Assembly (NCBI GenBank): GCA_964479955.1
Contig: CAYZNK010000002.1
Coordinates: 71,489-135,488, forward strand
DNA length: 64,000 nt
Direction of reading: 5' to 3'
From: an uncultured Candidatus Saccharibacteria bacterium
GTDB lineage: Bacteria > Patescibacteriota > Minisyncoccia > Minisyncoccales > Staskawiczbacteraceae
This document shows, in pieces, positions 17,459 through 27,412 of the stretch. Made by a program: the position numbers and the translations under genes. The notes below the pieces were generated by a model, which was given only the letters and a program-made list of their open reading frames with translations, was not told where the DNA came from and made no database searches. The first letter of the stretch is position 1; each line of letters opens with the position of its first letter.

Positions 17459-18508
17459 ATGTTGGATAAAATAAAAGAAAAAGCAATAAACATTTTAGGT
17501 ATTATAATCGGTTTTATAAAAAAACAAGATAAGAAAACAATAACAATAGCGTCTGTGGTAATTGTTGTTATTTTGGCGGCTTTGCTGGCATTTATAAAAA
17601 CAGGTCCCGGATTTTCTGCTTTGAAATTTTGGACATTGGGCGATAAAAAAATTGCAGAAAAAGCAATAGAATATATAAATGATAATGACCTTGCAAGCTC
17701 TGAGGCTTCTTTAGTGAGCTACAGCAGAGAAAGCGGGCTTATTAAAATTAAAATAAAAATAGGGGCAACAGAATTTGATTCTTATATTACAAGGGATGGG
17801 AAATATTTGTTTCCCCAGGTAATTGAGATGAAGGAAGCAGAAGCCAAGAATACCGAAGAATCCACGCCTACTGTTTCTGTTGAAAGCTGTGAAGATATGA
17901 CAAAAACAGACAGCCCCATGCTTGAAGCATATGTGGTTTCAATGTGCCCTTATGGGTTACAGATGCAAAGGGCAATGGCTGACGCTGTAATCAGAGTGCC
18001 GGAATTGGCAAATTATATAAAAGTAAGATATATAGGTTCTGTTTCGGGAAATAAAATTACTGCAATGCACGGAGAAGATGAAGCAACAGAAAATTTCAGG
18101 CAAATTTGCATCAGGGAAGAACAGCCGTCAAAATATTGGAATTATGTTTCCTGCCAGATAAAAGCAGGGGATTCAAAGGGGTGCGAAGCACAGACAGGAG
18201 TAGATTCTTCAAAATTATCAGCTTGTTTGGCGGACAGCAGCAGGGGGATAGCCTATGCAAAAGAAGACTTTGATTTGAATTCCAAATATGGCGTAACAGG
18301 CTCTCCAACTTTGATGATGGCAGACTCCAGAATTTATGAGTCTTCTTTTGGTGGAAGGTCATCGGATGCAATAAAAGAAATAGTCTGTTGCGCGTCAACA
18401 ACAGAGCCGGGATTTTGTTCTCAAACACTTAATACAAGCTCAGCGGCATCGTCTTATTCAGAAAATTATTCAGGATCAGGCGCCACAACGTCAGCTAGCT
18501 GTCAATAG
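17459..18508 (+). CDS. membrane-anchored thioredoxin-fold (DsbA-like) protein with degenerate CPYG motif
   Basis: N-terminal TM. SMCPYG sits where CxxC is expected, and the C-terminal half has several Cys. Tentative. Confidence 0.4.
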   Translation: MLDKIKEKAINILGIIIGFIKKQDKKTITIASVVIVVILAALLAFIKTGPGFSALKFWTLGDKKIAEKAIEYINDNDLASSEASLVSYSRESGLIKIKIKIGATEFDSYITRDGKYLFPQVIEMKEAEAKNTEESTPTVSVESCEDMTKTDSPMLEAYVVSMCPYGLQMQRAMADAVIRVPELANYIKVRYIGSVSGNKITAMHGEDEATENFRQICIREEQPSKYWNYVSCQIKAGDSKGCEAQTGVDSSKLSACLADSSRGIAYAKEDFDLNSKYGVTGSPTLMMADSRIYESSFGGRSSDAIKEIVCCASTTEPGFCSQTLNTSSAASSYSENYSGSGATTSASCQ

Positions 18509-18510
18509 AA

Positions 18511-18744
18511 ATGATTAAAGTATATTCAACACCAACTTGCGTGTATTGCAAGACATTAAAAGGATATTTAAAAACAAACGGAAAAGAATTTGAAGATATT
18601 GATGTTTCCAAAGATGAATCAAAACTTCAGGAAATGATAAAAATGTCAGGCCAAATGGGGGTGCCTGTTTTGGATATTAACGGAGAAATTGTGGTTGGAT
18701 TTGATAAACCAAAAATTGATAAATTGCTTAATATTGTATCTTAA
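18511..18744 (+). CDS. glutaredoxin-like protein
   Basis: 77 aa with a CVYC active site near the N-terminus. Confidence 0.75.
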   Translation: MIKVYSTPTCVYCKTLKGYLKTNGKEFEDIDVSKDESKLQEMIKMSGQMGVPVLDINGEIVVGFDKPKIDKLLNIVS

Positions 18745-18768
18745 TATTAAAATAATAATTTTAAAATT

Positions 18769-19776
18769 ATGACAAAGGTTGCCATAAATGGATTTGGCCG
18801 AATAGGCCGCCAAACTTTTAGAAGGATATTGGAAAATCATTTAGAGCTGGATGTTGTTGCCATAAATGATTTAACAGATAATAAAACACTGGCTCATCTT
18901 TTAAAATATGATTCTGTTTATAAGACGTTAGATAAAGATGTAGGTTATGAAGATGACGGCATCTTGGTTGACGGCAAAAAATACAAAACTTTTTCAGAAA
19001 AAGAGCCAGAAAATTTGCCGTGGAAAGATTTGGGGGTTGATATAGTTTTAGAGTGCACAGGTCTTTTCACAAAAGCAGAGGACGCAAGAAAACATATTAA
19101 AGCCGGAGCCAAAAAAGTGATAATGTCAGCTCCGTCAAAAGATAAAGAAACCCCAGGTTTTGTGCTGGGGGTAAACGCTGATAATTTTGACCCAAAAACA
19201 GTTGATGTTATGGATATGGGTTCTTGCACAACAAACTGCGTGGCCCCCATTTCAAAAGTGCTAAATGATAACTTCAAGATAGTTAAAGGGTTTATGACAA
19301 CAATTCATAGTTATACAAATGACCAAAGAATTTTGGATCTGCCCCACAAAGATTTGAGAAGAGCAAGGTCAGCTGCAATAAATATAATTCCAACATCAAC
19401 GGGAGCTGCCAAAGCTCTTGGTAAAATGATTCCGGAGCTTGACGGAAAAATGGACGGAATTTCGGTAAGAGTGCCCACCCCAACTGTTTCATTGCTGGAT
19501 TTGGTTGTTCAAACAGAAAAACCAGCCACAAAAGAGGAAGTTAATGAAGTTTTCAAAAAAGCCGGCCAGTCAAAAGAATTAAAAGGAATTTTAAAAATTG
19601 AAGAAAACGAATTAGTTTCTTCTGACTTTATAGGAGACAGTTATTCTGCAATAGTTGATTTGGCAGAAACAATGGTAAAAGATAATATGATAAAAGTTGT
19701 TGCATGGTACGACAATGAGCGGGGGTATTCGTGCAGATTAGCCGAGTTTGCGGAGTTTGTGGGAAAGAGGTTGTAA
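18769..19776 (+). CDS. gap: glyceraldehyde-3-phosphate dehydrogenase
   Basis: INGFGRIGR and SCTTNC motifs. Confidence 0.9.
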   Translation: MTKVAINGFGRIGRQTFRRILENHLELDVVAINDLTDNKTLAHLLKYDSVYKTLDKDVGYEDDGILVDGKKYKTFSEKEPENLPWKDLGVDIVLECTGLFTKAEDARKHIKAGAKKVIMSAPSKDKETPGFVLGVNADNFDPKTVDVMDMGSCTTNCVAPISKVLNDNFKIVKGFMTTIHSYTNDQRILDLPHKDLRRARSAAINIIPTSTGAAKALGKMIPELDGKMDGISVRVPTPTVSLLDLVVQTEKPATKEEVNEVFKKAGQSKELKGILKIEENELVSSDFIGDSYSAIVDLAETMVKDNMIKVVAWYDNERGYSCRLAEFAEFVGKRL

Positions 19777-19800
19777 ATATTTGTTAAAATGTAAAAAAAG

Positions 19801-19835
19801 AGCGCCCAGGTGCCATTTGGCACGGGGCGCTTTTG
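19801..19835. terminator. bidirectional terminator shared by gap and the minus-strand cassette
   Basis: An A-run, then agcgccc-a-ggtgcc-attt-ggcac-g-gggcgct, then a T-run. Confidence 0.7.
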
Positions 19836-19846
19836 GGTAGCGGTTG

Positions 19847-20728
19847 CTACATAATAGAGAGTATTTCAATCTCCTCTCGGAGATTGTTGATTTCATCTGA
19901 GAGAAGGGAAATGACTCCCTCTGTCTCAGTGATTTGGGTTTTCAACGATATGCATTCCATTGCATATTGACGGCGGACTGTTATTGATTTGGCTTGTCGG
20001 TTCCAATAGTATCCGGGTGAAACCCAACTTGTATGAGCGTTGCGGGCCGCTTGGAGCATCTTGCTCCTGAGTTCAGCCAAGGTTGTTCTTTCTTCCTTCA
20101 GCTGGTTTTCCAGGCGTAAAAGAAGAACTCTTTTTTCAATCGAGTTTTCAGTAGGCTCGTCTACGGGTCCGATTGTTGACTGGTAGAACCCGCCAGACAA
20201 TGCCGTTGAGATTTCCTCAACCGCAACCTTAACCCGAGGATGGAAGTCCATGGGTTTTGACCGGACTTCCGAAAAGAAAACTCGCACAGGCTCGTTCATC
20301 TGGCGCAAGCACCAGAGAACGCGTTCTTTCATCTTTGAATTTCCTGTCGCAAAAGCGTCTGTGAGCTCTGATACAGCCGCCAAGTTTATAAGCTGTACGG
20401 CTGCTTCCTTGGCAACAGCTCCGTTTGAATCTCCAAGCGCCAAAATCAGCTCTTGGGTGCTTGGCGGAACGCGTATTGCCACTGGCGCAACAGGAACTGT
20501 TGATGCACTTGACGCCGCAGGCTCTTCTGCTGGAGGCCTTTCTGCTGTTGCATATGACTCTGGCACTGCTGGGGCCGTCACTGTTTCCGACGACTCCGAA
20601 GAAGACTCTGGTTTGGCTGGCTCCTTTTTACCCGAGCACGATTGCATGACTGCAAAAAGAATAACAATCAGCACGGCTATGCCTATCCAAGTCTTTTTAC
20701 TGAACAGGTCCACTTTCGGCAGTTTCAC
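19847..20728 (-). CDS. orphan lipoprotein-like protein with a HEAT-like repeat and C-terminal coiled coil (GC-richer cassette)
   Basis: 293-aa ORF in a visibly GC-richer block. GTG start is preceded by aaggagag. Has a signal/anchor ending in ...MQSCSG, a Pro/Ala/Ser/Glu-rich linker and an LILALGDSNGAVAKEAAVQL HEAT-like segment. Confidence 0.7.
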   Translation of the reverse strand: MKLPKVDLFSKKTWIGIAVLIVILFAVMQSCSGKKEPAKPESSSESSETVTAPAVPESYATAERPPAEEPAASSASTVPVAPVAIRVPPSTQELILALGDSNGAVAKEAAVQLINLAAVSELTDAFATGNSKMKERVLWCLRQMNEPVRVFFSEVRSKPMDFHPRVKVAVEEISTALSGGFYQSTIGPVDEPTENSIEKRVLLLRLENQLKEERTTLAELRSKMLQAARNAHTSWVSPGYYWNRQAKSITVRRQYAMECISLKTQITETEGVISLLSDEINNLREEIEILSIM

Positions 20729-20798
20729 TTTGACTCTCCTTATTGTGAATGTGCACAGGGGAAAACACCCCTAAATTTGACTTTTCATCTATATATTT

Positions 20799-20827
20799 AT
20801 CATATCATATTTTTAATTGTTTGTCAA
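20799..20827 (-). promoter_or_regulatory. sigma70-type promoter of the 19847..20728 cassette
   Basis: On the minus strand: TTGACA, 17-nt spacer, TATGAT. Confidence 0.6.
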
Positions 20828-20923
20828 TAGGTAAGATAGAAAGTTGTAAATATGGCATATGTGCATAATTCTGTTTGTTTGTTTTTGTTGTTTTTGTTAA
20901 AATATAATAATTTATAAAATAAT

Positions 20924-21493
20924 ATGAAAATCCAAGTTGAAGTTTCAGCCAGACACATACATATATCAGAAAAAGACGCAAAAATTATTTTTGGAGAAGA
21001 TTTTGAATTAACAAAACTAAAAGACCTTAGCCAGCCTTCTGAATTTGCGGCCAATGAAGTTTTGGATATTGAGGCAAATGGAAACAGAATTTCTAATATA
21101 AGGATTGTTGGTCCCGAGAGGGAAAAAACACAAATAGAGATAAGTAAAACAGATGCGTTTTACTTGGGTATAAACCCGCCCTTAAGATTGTCCGGGGATA
21201 TAGACGGCTCTGCGGGAATAAAAATAATCGGGCCAAAAGGGGGGCTGGAATTGCAGGAAGGGGTGATTATTGCAAAGCGACACATTCATTGCAACAAAGA
21301 CGAGGCCGATAGTTTAAAAATAAAAAACAATGATATTATCTCTGTTAAAATTGAAGGGGATAGAGCAGTTGTTTTTGAAAATGTGGCGGTAAGGGTTGGA
21401 GATAATTATAAGCTATCAATGCATATAGATACAGATGAAGGAAATGCCGCTGGAATTGACAAAATCGGCAGTGGTATAATTTTAAAAATTTAA
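20924..21493 (+). CDS. pduL: phosphate propanoyl/acetyl-transferase PduL
   Basis: Duplicated SARHIHIS / KRHIHC motifs. Confidence 0.8.
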   Translation: MKIQVEVSARHIHISEKDAKIIFGEDFELTKLKDLSQPSEFAANEVLDIEANGNRISNIRIVGPEREKTQIEISKTDAFYLGINPPLRLSGDIDGSAGIKIIGPKGGLELQEGVIIAKRHIHCNKDEADSLKIKNNDIISVKIEGDRAVVFENVAVRVGDNYKLSMHIDTDEGNAAGIDKIGSGIILKI

Positions 21494-21518
21494 AATTAGA
21501 AATTTAAAATTCGTTGAT

Positions 21519-22535
21519 ATGATACTTGTTTTAAATTGCGGAAGCCAATCCGTTAAATGGAAAATTTTTAGCGATAAATTAGAGCTTATAAGGGAAAATA
21601 AACTGGAATTTTTTGATATGTCTGATTTTGAAAGGATTTTAACCGATGAACTTTTAAAAATAAAGGAGGATGTTTCTTTGGTCGGGCACAGGGTTGTTCA
21701 TGGGGGTGAAAAATTCAGAAATCCCGCAGAAATAACAGATGAAACCTTAGAAGAGCTGGAGAAAATCAGTCATTTGGCGCCCCTACACAACCCTTATAAT
21801 ATTTTGGGAATTAAAATTTGCAAGAATATTTTTAAGCAAGCAAAACATATTGCTGTTTTTGATACGGAATTTTTTGCTGATTTGCCGGAGTACGCCCGTA
21901 CTTATGCTTTGCCAGAGTCAGTTTTAAAAGAACTTGGGATAAAAAAATATGGATTTCAGGGGATTTCCCATGAATATGTTGCCCAAAAAGCCGCTGAAAA
22001 ATTAGGAAGGCCGATTGAAGAATTAAGGATAATCACTTGCCATTTAGGCGGAGGGGCAAGTGTTTCTGCTGTTAAAAACGGGAAAGCAATTGATACCTCA
22101 ATGGGTTTTACTCCCCTGGAAGGGCTTGTTATGATGACAAGGTCCGGCAATATTGATGCGGGCATTGTATTTTATTTGGTAGAAAAATTTTCATTGGATA
22201 AAACCAAGGAAATTTTAAACAGAGAGTCAGGGATAAAAGGAATTTGCGGAGAAAGCGACATGCAAAAATTATTAAAAAGAATTGATGCCGGAAACAAGAA
22301 AGCTGAGCTGGCTTTTGATATTTTTGTCTATTCAATTAAAAAATATATCGGTGCATATTATGCTATTTTGGGGGGATGCGATACTTTGGTTTTTACCGGA
22401 TCTGTTGGTTCGGGAAACCCCAAAACGCGCGAGGCGGTTTGTAAAAATTTAAGTATTTTGTCTAATACAAAAATTTTATCAATTGAAACAGATGAAGAAT
22501 TGGCAATTGCCCAAAAAATTAACTCCGTTAAATAA
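21519..22535 (+). CDS. ackA: acetate kinase (short form)
   Basis: ILVLNCGSQSVKW start, HRVVHGG and ITCHLGGGASV motifs. 338 aa. Confidence 0.8.
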   Translation: MILVLNCGSQSVKWKIFSDKLELIRENKLEFFDMSDFERILTDELLKIKEDVSLVGHRVVHGGEKFRNPAEITDETLEELEKISHLAPLHNPYNILGIKICKNIFKQAKHIAVFDTEFFADLPEYARTYALPESVLKELGIKKYGFQGISHEYVAQKAAEKLGRPIEELRIITCHLGGGASVSAVKNGKAIDTSMGFTPLEGLVMMTRSGNIDAGIVFYLVEKFSLDKTKEILNRESGIKGICGESDMQKLLKRIDAGNKKAELAFDIFVYSIKKYIGAYYAILGGCDTLVFTGSVGSGNPKTREAVCKNLSILSNTKILSIETDEELAIAQKINSVK

Positions 22536-22604
22536 TTTTGTTCCGCAGAATAAATTTCAAAGAAATTTATTTAACGAGGTTAATAGAAACTAAATAATAA
22601 AATT

Positions 22605-25082
22605 ATGGAAGATAATAAGAGTATCAAAAATGTTTTATGGTTTTCGGAGCTTGGGATAAAGGATGTTCCGCTTGTTGGTGGGAAAAATGCTTCCTTGGGT
22701 GAGATGAGAAATAACTTGACCGCAAAAGGTGTTCCTATTCCTGATGGTTTTGCCACAACTGCGCCTGCTTTTTTTAAATTTTTGAAAGATACCGGGCTTG
22801 ATGGGAAAATTGAAAATATACTGAAAAATTTAGACACACATAATATAAAAGACTTGCAGACGGCCGGAAAAACTATCCGAACTTTAATTTTAGATTCAAC
22901 TTTGCCAGATGACCTGCAAAAAGACATTGTTGAAGCCTACCAAAAATTATCTTTGCAATATCAAACAGAAAATATTGATGTGGCAGTAAGGTCATCTGCA
23001 ACAGCTGAGGATTTACCGGGAGCCAGTTTTGCAGGTCAGCAGGAAACTTTTTTAAATATTTCAGGGCCAGAAAATGTTGTTTTGGCTGTTAAAAAATGTT
23101 TTGCTTCTTTGTTTACGGACAGGGCAATTGCATACAGAAAGGAAATGGGATTTTCTCATATGCAAGTGGGGCTTTCTGCGGGAGTACAAAAAATGGTAAG
23201 GTCTGACTTAGCTTCATCTGGAGTTATGTTTTCTTGCGACACAGAATCCGGATTTGGAGATGTTGTGTTAATCAACGCAAGTTATGGGCTTGGAGAAAAT
23301 GTTGTTTTGGGAAGGGTTGAGCCTGACCAATATTATGTTTTTCAAACAACTTTAAAAAAAGGATTTAAGCCTGTTTTGCAAAAACATGTTGGTTCAAAGA
23401 TGATTAAAATGATTTACGAAAAACAATCAGCATTAGGTAGGGGAAATAGCACCAAAAATATTACCACAACTAAAAAAGAAAAAGAAAGCTTTGTTTTGAC
23501 TGACGAAGAAATTTTGCAACTGGCAAAATATTCTTTGATTGTGGAAGAGCATTATAAAAGAGAAATGGATATGGAGTGGGCAAAAGACGGCAAGGACGGA
23601 AAACTTTATATTGTCCAGGCAAGGCCAGAGACCGTTCAAAGCAAAAAGAATTTGAAAGTTCTTGAAGAATACATGTTGCAAGTATCAAAAAACAACTTGC
23701 CGACTGACGGACAAAAACCAAAAATATTGGTGGCAGGATTAAGTGTGGGCAGTAAAATTGGAGCTGGAACAGCCCATAAAATAATGGATGCAAAGAATAT
23801 CACCGAATTTAAAAAAGGAGAAGTTTTGATTACAGATATGACAGACCCCGACTGGGTGCCTGCGATGAAATTGGCTTCAGCTATTATTACAGACGAGGGA
23901 GGCAGAACTGCCCATGCGGCAATTGTGTCCCGCGAATTAGGAATTCCATGCATTGTTGGCACAAAAAACGCCACAAAAATTATTAAGTCCGGTAACCCCG
24001 TAACAGTTGACTGCTCCCAAGGAGAGATTGGAAAAGTTTATGAAGGCAAAATTCCTTTTGAAATAAAGAAAACAGATATTTCAAATATTCCTGAAACAAA
24101 AACAAAAATTACAATGAATGTGGGCGAGCCGTCAAATGCGTTTAACTTAAGCTTTATTCCAAATGACGGAGTTGGTTTGGCAAGAGAAGAATTTATAATT
24201 GCAAATGAGATAAAAATTCATCCAAACGCTTTAATAAACTACAAAAAATTAAAACCCACCTTAAGAAAAAAAATTGATGCTTTGATGCTTGGATATGAAA
24301 ATAAAACCCAATTTTATGTTGATAAATTAGCTGAGGGGGTTGGAAAAATAGGGGCGGCTTTTTATCCAAAACCTGTTATTGTGAGGTTTTCGGATTTTAA
24401 AACAAATGAATATAGGTCTTTGGTAGGAGGAGAAATTTATGAGTCAGAAGAGGAAAATCCAATGATTGGATTTAGAGGAGCTTCCAGATATTATGATGAA
24501 AGGTTTAAAGACGCCTTCATATTGGAATGCAAAGCAATTAAAAAAGTCCGTGAAGAATTTGGCTTGGATAATGTTATTCCAATGGTTCCTTTTTGCAGAA
24601 CAGTTGAGGAAGGAAAAAAGGTTTTGCAAATAATGGAAGGGCAGGGGTTGAAAAGGGAACCCTTCGCCCCGCAGAGTGGGGCTCAGGGTCACATAAATCC
24701 TTTAAGGATTTATGTGATGTGTGAAATTCCTTCTAATGTTATTTTGGCTGAAAAATTTTTGGAAATTTTTGATGGATTTTCAATTGGTTCAAATGACTTA
24801 ACCCAATTGACTTTAGGATTGGACAGAGATAATTCGGGTTTGGCGCCAATTGGAAATGAAAAAAATGAGGCAGTAAAAGAGCTCGTTGAAGAAGCAATAA
24901 GAGTTTGCCAAAATAACGGAAAATATATTGGAATTTGCGGACAAGCGCCTTCTGACTTTCCTGATTTTGCGCAGTTTCTTGTTGAAAAAGGCATTGAGTC
25001 AATTTCATTAAATCCGGATTCTGTTTTAAAAACTAAAATTGCAATTGCAGAGACAGAAAGAGTAAATAAATTAAAGAAATAA
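22605..25082 (+). CDS. ppsA: phosphoenolpyruvate synthase (pyruvate, water dikinase)
   Basis: 825 aa with the phosphohistidine region GGRTAHAAIVSRELGIP and the C-terminal MCEIPSN...GSNDLTQ motif. Confidence 0.9.
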   Translation: MEDNKSIKNVLWFSELGIKDVPLVGGKNASLGEMRNNLTAKGVPIPDGFATTAPAFFKFLKDTGLDGKIENILKNLDTHNIKDLQTAGKTIRTLILDSTLPDDLQKDIVEAYQKLSLQYQTENIDVAVRSSATAEDLPGASFAGQQETFLNISGPENVVLAVKKCFASLFTDRAIAYRKEMGFSHMQVGLSAGVQKMVRSDLASSGVMFSCDTESGFGDVVLINASYGLGENVVLGRVEPDQYYVFQTTLKKGFKPVLQKHVGSKMIKMIYEKQSALGRGNSTKNITTTKKEKESFVLTDEEILQLAKYSLIVEEHYKREMDMEWAKDGKDGKLYIVQARPETVQSKKNLKVLEEYMLQVSKNNLPTDGQKPKILVAGLSVGSKIGAGTAHKIMDAKNITEFKKGEVLITDMTDPDWVPAMKLASAIITDEGGRTAHAAIVSRELGIPCIVGTKNATKIIKSGNPVTVDCSQGEIGKVYEGKIPFEIKKTDISNIPETKTKITMNVGEPSNAFNLSFIPNDGVGLAREEFIIANEIKIHPNALINYKKLKPTLRKKIDALMLGYENKTQFYVDKLAEGVGKIGAAFYPKPVIVRFSDFKTNEYRSLVGGEIYESEEENPMIGFRGASRYYDERFKDAFILECKAIKKVREEFGLDNVIPMVPFCRTVEEGKKVLQIMEGQGLKREPFAPQSGAQGHINPLRIYVMCEIPSNVILAEKFLEIFDGFSIGSNDLTQLTLGLDRDNSGLAPIGNEKNEAVKELVEEAIRVCQNNGKYIGICGQAPSDFPDFAQFLVEKGIESISLNPDSVLKTKIAIAETERVNKLKK

Positions 25083-25088
25083 AATTTT

Positions 25089-26123
25089 ATGTACGATATT
25101 ATAACTTTTGGGTCAGCGGCGCAGGATATAGGGATAAAATCAAAGGACTTTAAGGTTTTTGGAGATAATAAAGAATTTGCAACCGGGCAGGGGATTTGTT
25201 TTACGCTTGGTTCAAAGATAAACATTCAGGATATAAGCTTTACGTCAGGGGGAGGGGGGAGCAATGTTGCTGTTGCCTTTGCAAGGCAGGGTTTTAAAAT
25301 CGCTTTTTGCGGAGCGGTTGGGGCAGACAATACCGGCAGAGAAATAATAAAGGAATTAAAAAAAGAAAAAGTGGATGTTAGATTTGTGGTTGAAAAAAAA
25401 GAAAAACAAACAAATCAATCAATCATAATTTTTGATGAAAGCCAGGAGAGGACAATTTTAACATATAGGGGGGCGGCAGAATTATTGACAAGAGAAGATA
25501 TTCCATGGAAAAAAATAAAAGCAAGATGGATATATTTGGCTCCCATGACCGGTTTATTGTGCCTGCCTGACGGCAGACAGACGACACTCTTTGAAGATAT
25601 TGTTAACTTTGCCGCTGAAAATAAGATTAAAATTGCAATCAATCCTTCAAAACAGCAGTTGTCTCTGCCTGAAAATATGTTAAAAAATATTTTGCAAAAA
25701 ACAGATGTCTTGTTTTTAAATCAGGAGGAAGCGTCTTTTTTGACAAAGATTCCTTTTGAAAATGAAGAAGAAATTTTTAAAAAGACAGATGAATTGTGTT
25801 CCGGTGTTGTTGTTATGACAAAAGGCGGCCAGGGAGTTGTTGTTTCAGACGGTAAATATCTTTATTCTGCTTTGCCCAATAATGACAGAAAAATTGTTGA
25901 CACAACGGGGGCAGGAGATTCTTTTGCCGCAGGGTTTTTATCTGACTACATAAGACATAACGGAGATATAGAAAAATCCATACAATTTGGACTTGCAAAT
26001 TCAGAGGCAAATTTGGCAGAAGTTGGAGCAAAAACAGGGCTCTTAAAAAAAGGAGATAATTTTAGCAGGGTTAATGTTGCCAAAGAAGATTGCGGGGAAA
26101 ATAATTTATGCATAAAAAAATAA
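25089..26123 (+). CDS. PfkB-family carbohydrate kinase
   Basis: VDTTGAGDSFAAGF signature. Confidence 0.75.
   Translation: MYDIITFGSAAQDIGIKSKDFKVFGDNKEFATGQGICFTLGSKINIQDISFTSGGGGSNVAVAFARQGFKIAFCGAVGADNTGREIIKELKKEKVDVRFVVEKKEKQTNQSIIIFDESQERTILTYRGAAELLTREDIPWKKIKARWIYLAPMTGLLCLPDGRQTTLFEDIVNFAAENKIKIAINPSKQQLSLPENMLKNILQKTDVLFLNQEEASFLTKIPFENEEEIFKKTDELCSGVVVMTKGGQGVVVSDGKYLYSALPNNDRKIVDTTGAGDSFAAGFLSDYIRHNGDIEKSIQFGLANSEANLAEVGAKTGLLKKGDNFSRVNVAKEDCGENNLCIKK
25562..25586 (+). repeat. CCTGCCTG...CAGRCAGR palindromic element, copy inside the kinase CDS
   Basis: cctgcctgacggcagacagacgaca, translated in frame as CLPDGRQTT. Confidence 0.65.
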
Positions 26124-26127
26124 AGTA

Positions 26128-27030
26128 ATGCAGAGCCTTAAATATTATTTTTACAAAGCTAAAAACAAAAAGTGGGCTGTTCCGCAGTTTAATTTTTCTG
26201 ATTACACCCAGTTAAAGGGGATAGCAAATAAATGCAGCCAAATGAGGTCTCCTTTTATTTTGGGAACCTCTGAGGGCGAAAGTAAATTTTTTGGGTTGCA
26301 GGAAGCCGTGGTCTTGCGTAATACATTACGTAATACGTTACATATCCCGATTTTTTTAAACTTAGACCACGGAAAATCTTTTGAGTATATAAAAAAAGCA
26401 ATAGATGCAGGGTATGATATGGTGCATTTTGACGGTTCAAAATTGCCCATTGAAGAAAATATAGAGATGACAAAGCAAGTTAAAAAATATGCCAAGCATA
26501 AGCAAGGACTGTTTTCTTGCAGGAATATTTTAGTTGAAGGAGAAATAGGAAAAATCGCCACTGATTCTTCAAAAGTTTATGAAGGCAAATTTAAAATTAA
26601 TGAAGAGGATTTAACCTCTCCAATTGATGCCCAAAAATTTGTAAAAGAAACGGCAGTTGATTTGCTGGCAGTTTCAATTGGAAATTTTCACGGAATAGAG
26701 TCCTCTGGAATAAATCCGCCCTTAAGGCTGGATGTTTTAAAGAGTATAAGGGAAACCCTTCGACAAACTCAGAGTAAAACTAAAAATATATTTTTGGTTT
26801 TACACGGCGGGTCAGGAATTTCCGAGGAGAATATTAAAGAAGCAATAAAACAAGGGATTATTAAAATAAACATAAATACTGAATTAAGGCTGGCTTTTTC
26901 AAATAAATTAAAGTCCGAACTTTCAAAAGATGAAATTGTGCCGTATAAATATTTGGCAGAGCCGCAAAGAGAAGTTGAAAAAATAGTTGAGTCAAAAATT
27001 ACCCTGTTTGGCAGCGCAAATAGGGTGTAG
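26128..27030 (+). CDS. fba: class II fructose-bisphosphate aldolase
   Basis: LNLDHGKS and LHGGSG motifs. Confidence 0.85.
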   Translation: MQSLKYYFYKAKNKKWAVPQFNFSDYTQLKGIANKCSQMRSPFILGTSEGESKFFGLQEAVVLRNTLRNTLHIPIFLNLDHGKSFEYIKKAIDAGYDMVHFDGSKLPIEENIEMTKQVKKYAKHKQGLFSCRNILVEGEIGKIATDSSKVYEGKFKINEEDLTSPIDAQKFVKETAVDLLAVSIGNFHGIESSGINPPLRLDVLKSIRETLRQTQSKTKNIFLVLHGGSGISEENIKEAIKQGIIKININTELRLAFSNKLKSELSKDEIVPYKYLAEPQREVEKIVESKITLFGSANRV

Positions 27031-27129
27031 GGTTTACTTTTTAAAAGAAATATATTAATATATTTAATTATCCTGGCAAAGGCGTAATTTGGGCAATAAG
27101 CTCATTTTTGTTATTGCAGGATTCAAAAA

Positions 27130-27351
27130 ATGGCAAAAATAAAATTAGAAAGAGAAAAATGCATTGGTTGCGGGTCATGTACAGCAATATGCTCAAAATA
27201 TTTTGAAATGGCAGAAGACGGGAAGTCTCACATAAAAGACTCCGTAAAAGACGAAGGGACAAATATAGAAGAATTGGAAACAGAAAAAATAGAATGCGCA
27301 GAAACAGCATCAGAATCATGCCCGGCTCAGTGCATACAAATAGAAAAATAA
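27130..27351 (+). CDS. small ferredoxin
   Basis: CIGCGSCTAIC ... CPAQCI. Confidence 0.75.
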   Translation: MAKIKLEREKCIGCGSCTAICSKYFEMAEDGKSHIKDSVKDEGTNIEELETEKIECAETASESCPAQCIQIEK

Positions 27352-27412
27352 AAAACAAAGCACAAAAACCAAAGATAGAATTTTAATCTTGGATTTTTAA
27401 ATTAAATTTACT

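Noticed and set aside
20250-20774. 174-aa plus-strand ORF antisense to the 293-aa cassette gene.
   Set aside because: It is a shadow ORF of a GC-richer region. The minus-strand frame is longer and has a promoter, SD, signal peptide and terminator.
24710-25225. 171-aa minus ORF. Similar long antisense ORFs occur at 59799..60308 (169 aa) and 61178..61666 (162 aa).
   Set aside because: They are antisense to strongly supported ppsA/kinase, lysS and serS genes and have low-complexity, Ser/Phe/Lys-rich sequences.
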